From an uncultured Oleiharenicola sp. (lineage in GTDB: Bacteria; Verrucomicrobiota; Verrucomicrobiia; Opitutales; Opitutaceae), in assembly GCA_966252395.1 (NCBI GenBank), contig CBINOW010000002.1, positions 13,676-77,675 on the forward strand: a stretch of DNA of 64,000 nt, read 5' to 3'. The notes under the pieces were generated by a model. That model worked only from the letters and a program-made list of their open reading frames with translations, searched no databases and was not told the origin of the DNA. Made by a program: the position numbers and the translations under genes. Every line of letters begins with the position of its first letter. Within the stretch, counting starts at the first letter, position 1. Shown one piece after another: positions 8,161 through 16,887 of the stretch.

Positions 8161-9566
8161 AAATGCCTCCCACCCGCCGCGAGGCGCTCCGCGCCGGCGC
8201 CCTGCTCACCGCCTCCCTGCTGGCCGGCCCGCTCGGGCGCGGCCAAGGCACGCGCGTCATCCGCGAGTTCAACGTGCGCGACTACGGCGCCTTGGGCGAC
8301 GGCCGCACGCTCGACACCGCGGTCATTCAGCGGGTGATCGATACCGCCGCGGCCGCCGGTGGCCGCGCCCGCGTGCTGCTGCCCGGCGGCAAACACTACC
8401 TTTGCGGCAGCCTGCAGCTCCGCTCCGGGATTGAGTTCCACCTCGCCGACGACGCCGAGCTGCTCGCCAGCACCGATCCCACGCACTACCCCAACCGCGC
8501 GCTGCTGTCCGCGACCGACGCCTTCGGCCTGCGACTCACCGGCACCGGCCGCATCAACGGCCGCTCGCGAGAGTTCATGACCCACTTTGATGAAAAGGAC
8601 GAGTGGTGGCGGCCCAAGGAATTCCGCCCGCGCCTCGCCGTGCTCACCGGCTGCCAGGGACTGGAGGTGCGCGACGTCACGTTTTTCGAGGCCCCGAGCT
8701 GGACGCTGCACCTGGTCGGCTGCTGCAGCACGCTCGTGGACGGCGTGAAGATCCGCAACCAGCTCGACGTGCCCAACTGCGACGGCATCGACCCCGACCA
8801 CTGCCACGACATGGAAATCCGCAACTGCGACATCCGCTGCGGCGACGACGCGATCGTCATCAAGGCCACGCGCGCCGGCGCGGCCTACGGCGGCAGCGAG
8901 AACATCTTCGTGAAGGACTGCGTGCTCGAGACGCAGGACTCCAGCCTGAAGATCGGCACCGAGACCGTGGCCGACATCCGCCGCGTCCGCTTCGAGCGCT
9001 GCGAAATCAAGTCCGGCTGTCGCGGCCTCACCATCCAGCTGCGCGACGAGGGCAACGTGTCCGACATCGAGTTCAAGGACATCCGCTTCACCGCCCGCTA
9101 CCACTCCGCCCCGTGGTGGGGCCGCGGCGAGGGCATTTCGTTCACCGCCATCCCACGCACGCCCACGACCAAGGTCGGCACGATCAGCGACGTGCGCGTG
9201 ACCGACGTCACCGGCCGCGCCGAAAACACCACGCGCATCTGCGGCTCACCCGCCAGCCGGATCAGCAACGTGCGTTTCCAGAATGTCGCGCTCACCCTCG
9301 ACCGTTGGACGAAGTATCCCGGCGGCGTCTGGGACAACCGTCCGACCACCGCGATGCCCGACCTCGAGCCGCACGCCACGCCCGCCATCCACGTGCGGCA
9401 CGCCGACGGCGTGGCGTTCCGTGACTGCGAAGTCCAGTGGGGCGCGAACCGGCCGGAGTATTTCACGCACGCGCTGGAAACCGCGGACGCCACCGGCGTG
9501 GACGCCAGCAGCCTGCGCGGCGAGTCCGCCTTTCCCGCCCGCCTGCCGGCGATGAAATTTCACTGA
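8157..9566 (+). CDS. GH28 polygalacturonase / rhamnogalacturonase-type glycoside hydrolase with Tat-like leader
   Basis: The ATG overlaps the upstream stop. The leader is MKMPPTRREALRAGALL. Pectate-lyase-fold motifs are NCDGIDPDHCHDMEIRNC, GDDAIVIKA and SLKIGTE. Confidence 0.85.
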   Translation: MKMPPTRREALRAGALLTASLLAGPLGRGQGTRVIREFNVRDYGALGDGRTLDTAVIQRVIDTAAAAGGRARVLLPGGKHYLCGSLQLRSGIEFHLADDAELLASTDPTHYPNRALLSATDAFGLRLTGTGRINGRSREFMTHFDEKDEWWRPKEFRPRLAVLTGCQGLEVRDVTFFEAPSWTLHLVGCCSTLVDGVKIRNQLDVPNCDGIDPDHCHDMEIRNCDIRCGDDAIVIKATRAGAAYGGSENIFVKDCVLETQDSSLKIGTETVADIRRVRFERCEIKSGCRGLTIQLRDEGNVSDIEFKDIRFTARYHSAPWWGRGEGISFTAIPRTPTTKVGTISDVRVTDVTGRAENTTRICGSPASRISNVRFQNVALTLDRWTKYPGGVWDNRPTTAMPDLEPHATPAIHVRHADGVAFRDCEVQWGANRPEYFTHALETADATGVDASSLRGESAFPARLPAMKFH

Positions 9567-9586
9567 GCGATTTCCCAAACCGGTTT

Positions 9587-9618
9587 GGCCACGAAGAGGC
9601 ACAAAAATGCACGAAAAG
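9587..9618. repeat. family E element (GGCCACGAAGAGGCAC...), half unit
   Basis: ggccacgaagaggcacaaaaatgcacgaaaag, related to the CCACAAAGGCACGAAGGCACAGAG-type arms seen at five other sites. Confidence 0.55.
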
Positions 9619-9645
9619 AATATCAGCCACGATTTCTGTCATCGC

Positions 9646-11034
9646 ATGATCTCGGATTCCCCGATTGCCGGCGTAGCCCGCTGCGGGAGCAGCGGGATCT
9701 TCCCGGGTGATCGTGAGTTCCTGTCCCTGCGCTCCCGCGCAGGGCTACAAGCGATCCGGTCGAAACGGGATCTTCTGCTCCACCTTTTTGCGCTTCTCGT
9801 GTTTTTCGTGGCCCTCCCTGCCTTGGCCCCGGCCGAGGTGATGCGCTGGACCACCTACGACCTGACGTCCCCCGAGCCGTTCAGCGCCGAACGCGGTTCC
9901 GGCTACGACCTCGGCACCTCGCCCCGATCTGTAGCCGGGGTCGCTGACCCCGGTCCGTCTGCCTTCTATTTCTCCATCGCGGTGGACGAGGGCAACTGGC
10001 TCGTCGAGGTCACCCTCGGCGGTCCGGTCGCAGGTGACACCACAGTGAAGGCCGAGTCGCGCCGGCTGATGCTGGACTCCGTGAAGACGGCACCGGGCGA
10101 ACAGGTTCGTCGTCAGTTCATCGTCAACGTCCGCAACGCCTCTGTGCCTGCACCTGAAAAGAACGCCCCCGGTGGTAGCGCCGTCGTGCTCAACGACCGC
10201 GAGCAGGGCTCGTTCACGTGGGACAACAAGTTGACGCTCGAATTCAGCGGCCCGTCTCCCCAGATCCATTCCGTGTCGGTGGCAAAGGTGTCTGCGCCTA
10301 CGATCTTCCTCCTCGGCGACTCCACCGTCACCGACCAGCGTTGGGAGGACGGCGCGAGCTGGGGCCAGATGCTCACACGTTTCTTCAAGCCCGGGATAGC
10401 CGTCGCCAACCACGCCGAGTCGGGCGAGACGCTGAAGTCCTTTGTCACGGGTCTGCGCCTCGCCAAGGTCCTGTCGCAGCTCAAGGAAGGCGACTGGGTG
10501 TTTCTGCAGTTCGGCCACAACGATCAGAAGAAGAATTGGCCGCAGACCTACGTCGAGGCCGGCACGACCTACCGCGCCTGGCTGCGCACCTACCTCGCCG
10601 AAATCCGCCTCCGCGGCGCCACGCCAGTGCTCGTGACCTCGCCCCAGCGCCGCAACTTCACGCCCGAGGGGAAAATCCGCAACACCCACGGCGACTACCC
10701 CGCCGCCGTGCGCGCCGTCGCCGCCGAGGAACAGGTCGCGCTCGTGGACGTCGAAGCCGCCTGTCGTGCGCTCTACGAGGCCCTCGGCCCGGAAAAATCC
10801 CCGCTCGCCTTCAGCAACGGCGGCAAGGACGCCACGCATCACAACAACTACGGCGCCTACCAGCTCGCCAAAGCCGTCGCCCAGGGCATCCGCGCCACGC
10901 CGTCCCTCGCCCCGCTAGCCGCTTACCTCACCGACGACTTCGCCGGCTACGACCCCGCGCAACCCGACGACCCGGCGACGTTCAAGCTCCCAGCCAGCCC
11001 CCAACGCAGCGACCTGCGCCCGCGGGGAAATTGA
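9646..11034 (+). CDS. rhamnogalacturonan acetylesterase (CE12, SGNH hydrolase) with N-terminal beta-sandwich region
   Basis: SGNH blocks are IFLLGDSTVTD, AESGETL, FLQFGHNDQ and GKDATHHN. The start is uncertain, with candidate ATGs at 9607, 9646 and 9841. A signal-peptide-like KRDLLLHLFALLVFFVALPALAPA lies downstream of a REP element. Confidence 0.8.
   Translation: MISDSPIAGVARCGSSGIFPGDREFLSLRSRAGLQAIRSKRDLLLHLFALLVFFVALPALAPAEVMRWTTYDLTSPEPFSAERGSGYDLGTSPRSVAGVADPGPSAFYFSIAVDEGNWLVEVTLGGPVAGDTTVKAESRRLMLDSVKTAPGEQVRRQFIVNVRNASVPAPEKNAPGGSAVVLNDREQGSFTWDNKLTLEFSGPSPQIHSVSVAKVSAPTIFLLGDSTVTDQRWEDGASWGQMLTRFFKPGIAVANHAESGETLKSFVTGLRLAKVLSQLKEGDWVFLQFGHNDQKKNWPQTYVEAGTTYRAWLRTYLAEIRLRGATPVLVTSPQRRNFTPEGKIRNTHGDYPAAVRAVAAEEQVALVDVEAACRALYEALGPEKSPLAFSNGGKDATHHNNYGAYQLAKAVAQGIRATPSLAPLAAYLTDDFAGYDPAQPDDPATFKLPASPQRSDLRPRGN
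9673..9748. repeat. REP-like palindromic element (GTAGCCCGCTGCGGGAGC ... GCTCCCGCGCAGGGCTAC)
   Basis: 18-nt near-perfect terminal inverted repeats at 9673..9690 and 9731..9748. Lies inside the extended 5' ORF of the CE12 gene. Confidence 0.7.
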
Positions 11035-11048
11035 TCTGTCGCGATGAG

Positions 11049-12068
11049 TTAAAGCCTCATCGAAGATATCTCCAGTGTGAGCGATTTTTCTTCGAGATCC
11101 AGGTTCATCTTGATGTCCCATGACTTCCCGGGACCAACGCCGGGATCGACCAAGGAAAAGTGGCCGCTAGATTTTCCAAGCTCTGCTGGTGTTCGACTTG
11201 AAGCCGCGGAATAGCCACCCGGCTTGAATACAGTCTGAGGCTTCCCTTCGCCAAACTTCCGCGTCAGGAGGGCGTCCATTGTTTCTCGAGTCTTGTCATC
11301 GACCGCTTCAATAAAAACGGGAAACTGATAGCTCCCGCCGTCCAACGGCCAACGGACTACGTCCCTTGATGGCATGCGAAGAATGATCCCGAAGTTGTCA
11401 TTGGAAGCATCCCCGAGAGTCAAAAGTCGAAACTCTCCGTTGGGAGAAAGATCCAAACTTTTGATCGCGAACTTAAACAGGATACTGTGCTCCTTCTCAA
11501 AGGAGCTCAGCGCTGCGGGTTCGTGAATGACCCTGACGTGGGAAAACGGTCCGAAGCTGGTGCCAGACCAAGGTATTACCTCCGACGACATGTTTTCAGG
11601 CACTCCATCAATGGCGACCGCCTCATAAATCAGGAAGGTGCGTTTCCGGCCCGACAGAACCTTGGACTCGAGCTTCACGATCTCGGCAGTGGTTGGTTCC
11701 CTTTTGAATCCGCTCCTCAATTCATCCTTCAGATCGTTGCCACTGCGAAACAAGTGCTTCACGGCCCAGCCATGAACCTGAAAGGTAATTTCCAGATCCT
11801 TCACAGGACGCCCGTCAATGCTGTGGATCGAGAGCAAATAGCTATCCTGAAAAATCTTCGATCCCGGCCAAACTTTGTCGGCGGACACCACTGTCGCCTC
11901 GACCCGCACGACCTGTCCGATCGGCACGCCTAACCGGCCGATGATCTGCACCTTGCCTGACGCGAGGTCGGCGAACTCGATCCGCTGGGCTTCGCCAGCG
12001 CGGACGGAACATGAAACTGCCGCCAAAATCAGGGCGGCCACGGTCACAATACGGGTTCTCCTAGGCAT
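11049..12068 (-). CDS. hypothetical secreted protein/lipoprotein, compositionally atypical (low-GC) orphan
   Basis: Internal ATG at 12068 followed by MPRRTRIVTVAALILAAVSCS (signal or lipobox-like). 339 codons with no motif I recognise. GC is clearly lower than in the flanking DNA by eye. Confidence 0.6.
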   Translation of the reverse strand: MPRRTRIVTVAALILAAVSCSVRAGEAQRIEFADLASGKVQIIGRLGVPIGQVVRVEATVVSADKVWPGSKIFQDSYLLSIHSIDGRPVKDLEITFQVHGWAVKHLFRSGNDLKDELRSGFKREPTTAEIVKLESKVLSGRKRTFLIYEAVAIDGVPENMSSEVIPWSGTSFGPFSHVRVIHEPAALSSFEKEHSILFKFAIKSLDLSPNGEFRLLTLGDASNDNFGIILRMPSRDVVRWPLDGGSYQFPVFIEAVDDKTRETMDALLTRKFGEGKPQTVFKPGGYSAASSRTPAELGKSSGHFSLVDPGVGPGKSWDIKMNLDLEEKSLTLEISSMRL

Positions 12069-12213
12069 GGGGTTTCCTCCGAAGGGTATGAAGCGTGGAA
12101 TCGCCGCGAAGCGCGGCGCGATGGTGGCCCCCATCGCAGGCGAGTCTGCTTCGTGCCGCCGCCCGGCCAAGCCCATCCGTGGTCGAACGCTAGCGCGACG
12201 GACAGCGCAAGCA

Positions 12214-12238
12214 CCGGGGCGAGGGCGCCCCGGCTCCA
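12214..12238. repeat. REP-like family B
   Basis: ccggggcgagggcgccccggctcca, an exact copy of the 6794..6818 core. Confidence 0.8.
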
Positions 12239-12270
12239 GTTCAAACCGCGGAACGTGCGAAAGCATATAT

Positions 12271-12291
12271 CGAAGCGGACAGGTCCGTTCG
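12271..12291. promoter_or_regulatory. candidate operator CGAAGCGGAC-AG-GTCCGTTCG (GACAG(G)TCCG box, palindromic form)
   Basis: cggacaggtccg is a perfect 5+5 palindrome with flanks that extend it. Lies about 100 nt upstream of the GH43 ATG. Confidence 0.35.
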
Positions 12292-12385
12292 CCCACCTCC
12301 AAACGCGCTCTAACGGTCAGAACTCTGGGGACTCCGGTTTACACCCGGTTGCAGCCAGCCTTCGCGCCAAAATACTCCGATTTCG

Positions 12386-13756
12386 ATGAGACTCAGCATC
12401 CCCTTTCTGTTTGGTTGCCTGTTCGCCATCAACCCGGCCCTGACCGCCGACGCCTGGAACGCCCCGCACGCGGGCAATCCGATCCTGCCGGGCTACTTCG
12501 CCGATCCGTCGCTCGTGCAGCACGACGGGAAATATTACCTCTACGCCACGCTTGATCCCTGGGGCGGACGGACGCTCGGGTGCTGGGAGTCGGGGGATTT
12601 CAAAAATTGGACGTATCGCGAACTCAACTGGCCGACCAAGGAGGCTTGCACCAGCCCAACCTCAAAGGGCGCGATGGTCTGGGCGCCGTCCGTCGTGCGT
12701 GCGCCGGGCGGGAAGTTCGTGATGTTCGTCTCCGTCGGCAACGAGGTGTGGGTCGGCACGGCCGAACACCCGCTCGGGCCGTGGACGGATGCCCACGGCG
12801 GCCGGCCGCTCATCCCCGAGACCTACCGGCCCGGTTACCACATGATCGATGCCGAGGCCTTCGTGGACGACGACGGCACGGGCTGGCTTTACTGGGGCTC
12901 CGGCTGGGGCTGGAAAAACGGCCGCTGCTTCGCCGTGAAGCTCACGCCCGACCTGACCGCCTTCGCCGGCGAGCCGGTGGACGTGACGCCGACGAACTAC
13001 TTCGAGGGCCCGTTCATGCTCAAGCACGCCGGCCGCTACTACCTCACCTACTCGCAGGGCAAGACCGTCACCGACACCTATCAGGTCCACTACGCCGTCG
13101 GCGACTCGCCGCTCGGGCCCTTCACCGAGGAACCCAACAGCCCGATCCTGGTGACCGATCACGCGCGCAATGTCGTCAGCCCGGGGCACCACTCAATTTA
13201 TTCCCTCAACGGCCGCCCGCACATTCTCTATCACCGTCACCGCGTGCCCTACGTGGCCGACACCGCTTACCGGCAAACCTGCGTGGATGAGCTGCACTTC
13301 ACCGCCGACGGCCTGATGGCAAAGGTGACGCCCACGCACACCGGCCCCGCGCTCCTGCAAGGCCGCGACCCCGGCCGCCTCGCCGCCACGGCCAGCGCCT
13401 CTTCTGAACTCGACGCCGATCACGGCGCTGCGGCCGGGCTCGACGACAACTACGCCACGCGTTGGGCGCCCGCCAAGGAGAGCAAGGGCGGCTGGCTGCA
13501 GCTTGATCTGGGCTCGGCGCAGACCGTGGCCCGCATCGCCGTCCGCTTCGAATATGCGTGGAAGCCGGTCCGTTTCCGGCTCGAAGCCTCCGCCGACGGT
13601 CGCACCTGGACCACGCTCGCCGACCACAGCGCGCAGGCATTCCAAGGCTCGCCCTTCACGCACACCGGTCCGGTGAAGGCGCGGCACCTGCGACTCGTGT
13701 TCCCGGCCGACGCCGAGGCGCCGGGCGTGTGGGAATTCGCGGTATTCGGGCGTTGA
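12386..13756 (+). CDS. GH43 glycoside hydrolase (arabinofuranosidase/xylosidase-type) with C-terminal F5/8 type C (discoidin, CBM32-like) domain
   Basis: NPILPGYFADPS, GKYYLYAT, VWAPSV, IDAEAFVDDDG and FEGPFM are typical of the five-bladed GH43 propeller. The C-terminus has NYATRWAP...GGWLQLDLG...FRLEASADGRTW. Confidence 0.8.
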   Translation: MRLSIPFLFGCLFAINPALTADAWNAPHAGNPILPGYFADPSLVQHDGKYYLYATLDPWGGRTLGCWESGDFKNWTYRELNWPTKEACTSPTSKGAMVWAPSVVRAPGGKFVMFVSVGNEVWVGTAEHPLGPWTDAHGGRPLIPETYRPGYHMIDAEAFVDDDGTGWLYWGSGWGWKNGRCFAVKLTPDLTAFAGEPVDVTPTNYFEGPFMLKHAGRYYLTYSQGKTVTDTYQVHYAVGDSPLGPFTEEPNSPILVTDHARNVVSPGHHSIYSLNGRPHILYHRHRVPYVADTAYRQTCVDELHFTADGLMAKVTPTHTGPALLQGRDPGRLAATASASSELDADHGAAAGLDDNYATRWAPAKESKGGWLQLDLGSAQTVARIAVRFEYAWKPVRFRLEASADGRTWTTLADHSAQAFQGSPFTHTGPVKARHLRLVFPADAEAPGVWEFAVFGR

Positions 13757-13973
13757 GCGATTGCGAGCTGAGTGAGGTGGAGCACCTTGCTCCCCAAGGC
13801 GCTTCTCGCGATCGGACATCCTTTGCGCGTTGAGTGCAAAGCGCACCACCTCAAACCGCTCCTGCTATATGACTGTCCTGCGCCGCCGGGTTTCCGATTC
13901 CGGCCGTTAAGGGAAAGATTTAGCTCTCCAACCCCAGACCCGATATCCCAGACCCCAGATCCGGCACCACCCC

Positions 13974-15668
13974 ATGAAACTACCCCACGCGTTTCTCCTC
14001 GCCGCGCTCGCGCTGCCGGCTTTCGCCCAGACTCCGCCGGCTCCGTCCGCGGAGGCCACATTTCCTGTCACCATTGCCGTGGACGCTGCGAAGCCCACCG
14101 GCCCGCTCCGGCCCATCTGGCGGTTCTTCGGCGCGGACGAGCCGAACTACGCGACGATGAAGGACGGCCGCAAGCTGCTCACCGAGCTGGGCAAGCTCGG
14201 CAAGCCGCAGGTGTATTTCCGCGCGCACAACCTCCTCTCGACCGGTGACGGCACGCCCGCGCTCAAGTGGGGTTCGACCAACGCCTACACCGAGGACGCC
14301 GCCGGCAACCCGGTCTATGACTGGACGATCGTGGACCATATCTTCGACACCTACCTCGCGCGCGGCCTCAAGCCCTACGCGCAGATCGGTTTCATGCCCA
14401 AGGCACTCTCGACGAACCCCGAGCCCTACCAGCACGAGTGGCGTCCCGGCCTGCCCTATCAAGAGATCTACACCGGCTGGGCCTACCCACCGAAGGACTA
14501 CAAGAAGTGGGAGGAGCTCTGCTACCAGTGGGTGAAGCACTGCGTGGAGCGCTACGGCCAGGCCGAGGTCGAGTCCTGGTATTGGGAGGTGTGGAACGAG
14601 GCCAACATCGGCTACTGGAAAGGCACGCCCGAGGAATTCCGCAAGACGCACGATTTCGCCATCGCCGGGGTGAGACGCGCCCTCCCTACCGCCCGCGTCG
14701 GCGGCCCCGACAGCGCCGGCCACGGCGGCGAGTGGATGCACGACTTCATCGAGCACTGCCTGCGCGGCACCAACCACGCCACCGGCCAGAAGGGCACGCC
14801 GCTCGACTTCATCGCCTTCCACGCCAAGGGCCAGCCGACCTTCGTGGACGGCCACATCCGCATGGGTATTTCCAACCACCTCAAGGTCATTGACGGCGGC
14901 TTCCAGATCGTCGCCTCGTATCCTGAGACAAAGAAAACGCCGATCATCATCGGTGAGTCCGACCCCGAGGGCTGCGCCGCCTGCCAGGGACCGAGCTTCT
15001 CCTACCGCAACGGCACCGTTTATTCGAGCTACACCGCCGCAAGCTTCGCGCGGAAACTCGACCTCGCCGACAAGCACGGCGTGAACTTCGAGGGCGCGCT
15101 CACCTGGGCCTTCACGTTCGAGGATCAGCCTTACTTCGCCGGCTTCCGCCAGCTCGCCAGCAACGGCCTGCCACTCGCCGTGCTCAACGTCTTCCGCATG
15201 ATGGGCCGCATGGAGGGCGACCGCCTCGCCGCGACCAGCTCCGCCCAGATCCCGCTTGAAGCCATCGTGAAGGACGGCGTGCGCGGCGCGCCCGATGTCG
15301 GCGTGATCGCCGCCCGCTCCGGCCACCGGATGACGATCATGGTCTGGCACTATCACGACGACGACCTCGCCGGCCCCGCCGCCGAGGTCGCGCTCGCGGT
15401 GGACGGCCTGCCCGCGCGGGTGTCGCTCGCGCAGCTCCAGCATCACCGCGTGGACGAGTTTCATTCCAACGCCTACGGCGAATGGAAGCGCATGGGCTCA
15501 CCCCTCGCGCCCAACCGCAAGCAATACGACCAGCTGGCCGCCGCGAGCAACCTGGCCACCCTTGCCGAATCCCCCTCAACCGTCGCCGTCTCCGGCGGCA
15601 AGGCCGAGCTGAAGTTCAGCCTGCCCCGTCAAGGCGTCTCGCTGCTCACGCTCGACTGGAGCGAGTGA
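13974..15668 (+). CDS. GH39-like clan GH-A glycoside hydrolase
   Basis: Signal peptide, then a TIM-barrel acid/base motif WYWEVWNEANIGYW and IIGESDPEG. The size of 564 aa and the layout resemble GH39. Confidence 0.6.
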   Translation: MKLPHAFLLAALALPAFAQTPPAPSAEATFPVTIAVDAAKPTGPLRPIWRFFGADEPNYATMKDGRKLLTELGKLGKPQVYFRAHNLLSTGDGTPALKWGSTNAYTEDAAGNPVYDWTIVDHIFDTYLARGLKPYAQIGFMPKALSTNPEPYQHEWRPGLPYQEIYTGWAYPPKDYKKWEELCYQWVKHCVERYGQAEVESWYWEVWNEANIGYWKGTPEEFRKTHDFAIAGVRRALPTARVGGPDSAGHGGEWMHDFIEHCLRGTNHATGQKGTPLDFIAFHAKGQPTFVDGHIRMGISNHLKVIDGGFQIVASYPETKKTPIIIGESDPEGCAACQGPSFSYRNGTVYSSYTAASFARKLDLADKHGVNFEGALTWAFTFEDQPYFAGFRQLASNGLPLAVLNVFRMMGRMEGDRLAATSSAQIPLEAIVKDGVRGAPDVGVIAARSGHRMTIMVWHYHDDDLAGPAAEVALAVDGLPARVSLAQLQHHRVDEFHSNAYGEWKRMGSPLAPNRKQYDQLAAASNLATLAESPSTVAVSGGKAELKFSLPRQGVSLLTLDWSE

Positions 15669-15683
15669 GGCGGAGGATTTTTA

Positions 15684-15972
15684 ACCACTAATCGGGTTCC
15701 GCCAACGGCGGAACCTGGTGGTGCCCCTGCGGCTGATCTCCTTCGGTGTTGGTTTTAGGGGTCTGCTTATCGCAGCCCGATTCTGACTGGATCCTTCACT
15801 GCGCTCAGGATGACAGAATCGGAAGCTTATCCTCGAAGCGTCTCATTCTGAGCGCAGCGAACAATCCAGAGTCCCCAGCCGGCGATTAGCCGGCCCCCGA
15901 AGCCCCACGGTGTTGGCGATCAGCCAACACCTCACTTCGTAAGATTCACCCTTGGTGAATCCGATTAGTGGT
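15684..15972. repeat. composite palindromic element with 12-bp perfect terminal inverted repeats (MITE-like mosaic of hairpins)
   Basis: accactaatcgg (15684..15695) pairs with ccgattagtggt (15961..15972). Internal hairpins are gttccgccaacggcggaac, the family D arms 15789..15814 / 15843..15867, agccggcgattagccggc, ggtgttggcgatcagccaacacc and gattcacccttggtgaatc. Confidence 0.6.
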
Positions 15973-16001
15973 CAAAAGAGAAGGCCGGTCAGAGACCGGC
16001 C
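15973..16001 (-). terminator. intrinsic terminator after the PanE-like gene
   Basis: On the minus strand it reads ggccggtctctgaccggcc followed by ttctctttt, about 6 nt after the stop. Confidence 0.6.
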
Positions 16002-16006
16002 CTACT

Positions 16007-16879
16007 TCACCCCGCCGCGAGCAGGGTCGCGGCCATTTCGTTGAGCGGCGTCGCGATGCCGTGCTTGCGGCCGAAGCGGACGACGGCGCCGTTGCGGGCA
16101 TCCACTTCCATCGGGCGACCAGCGGCGCGGTCGGCGTGGAGGGAATTCATCGAGTCCGGCGGCGCGGCGCGGCAGTTGGCCAGGATTTTCTCGGGCAGGT
16201 CGTCCTCGAGGATCGCGCCCTCGGCCCGACCGACCAGCAGGCACTCGCGCGCCATCGCCTTGGCCAGTTTGCCCACGGCTTCGTCGCGGAACACGCCCGT
16301 CGGCTTGAGCAGCAGGGCGTTGATGGAGCCGGGCGCGTTGAGGCAGAGCTTGCGCCAGACGGCGCTCGTGAAATCGGGCGTGACCGAGACATCCACATCC
16401 AAGTGCGAACCCGCAAACAGGCCGACGAAATCCGTGCCAGCGGCGCCTGCGGGCACGATCATCTTGCCGGTGCCCCGCTGCGCGATGCGCCCGGGTGCGG
16501 GCCGCTCGGCGGGGATGTCCACCATCACAGGCAGGATCCGCTCCGCCGGCAGCCAGGCCGCGAAGCGTTCGCGGTGTTCGACGCCGTTCTGCAGGATCGC
16601 CACGCGCGTCTGCGGGCCGACGAGCCCGGGAAACCACGCGGCGGCACCGGCGCAATCGTAGGCCTTGGTGCACACCAGCACCCAATCCACCGGTTTCGCG
16701 GCCGCGGGATCGGTGAGCACGACAGGGGAAAATCGCACCGGCCGGCCCAGCAGATCGACGTCGAGTTCACCGACGGCCCGGCGGGCGCACAGTGTGAGGC
16801 CGTGACCGCCGTGCGCCGTGAGCGTGGCGGCGATGACGCCGCCGACGGCGCCGGGTCCGATGAGCGCGATGGAAGCCAT
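16007..16879 (-). CDS. ketopantoate reductase (PanE/ApbA) family NAD(P)H oxidoreductase
   Basis: Rossmann N-terminus MASIALIGPGAVGGVIAA, then VLVCTKAYD, ILQNGVEH and SMNSLHADRAAGRPMEVDARNG. The start lies 8 nt after the GH105 stop. Confidence 0.7.
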   Translation of the reverse strand: MASIALIGPGAVGGVIAATLTAHGGHGLTLCARRAVGELDVDLLGRPVRFSPVVLTDPAAAKPVDWVLVCTKAYDCAGAAAWFPGLVGPQTRVAILQNGVEHRERFAAWLPAERILPVMVDIPAERPAPGRIAQRGTGKMIVPAGAAGTDFVGLFAGSHLDVDVSVTPDFTSAVWRKLCLNAPGSINALLLKPTGVFRDEAVGKLAKAMARECLLVGRAEGAILEDDLPEKILANCRAAPPDSMNSLHADRAAGRPMEVDARNGAVVRFGRKHGIATPLNEMAATLLAAG

Positions 16880-16887
16880 GCCCGCTT

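Noticed and set aside
9598-9611. Sigma-54-like GGCAC-N5-TGCA upstream of the CE12 gene.
   Set aside because: The GG-to-GC spacing is one nucleotide shorter than the -24/-12 consensus. The sequence is part of a dispersed family E repeat, and other copies lack the TGC element.
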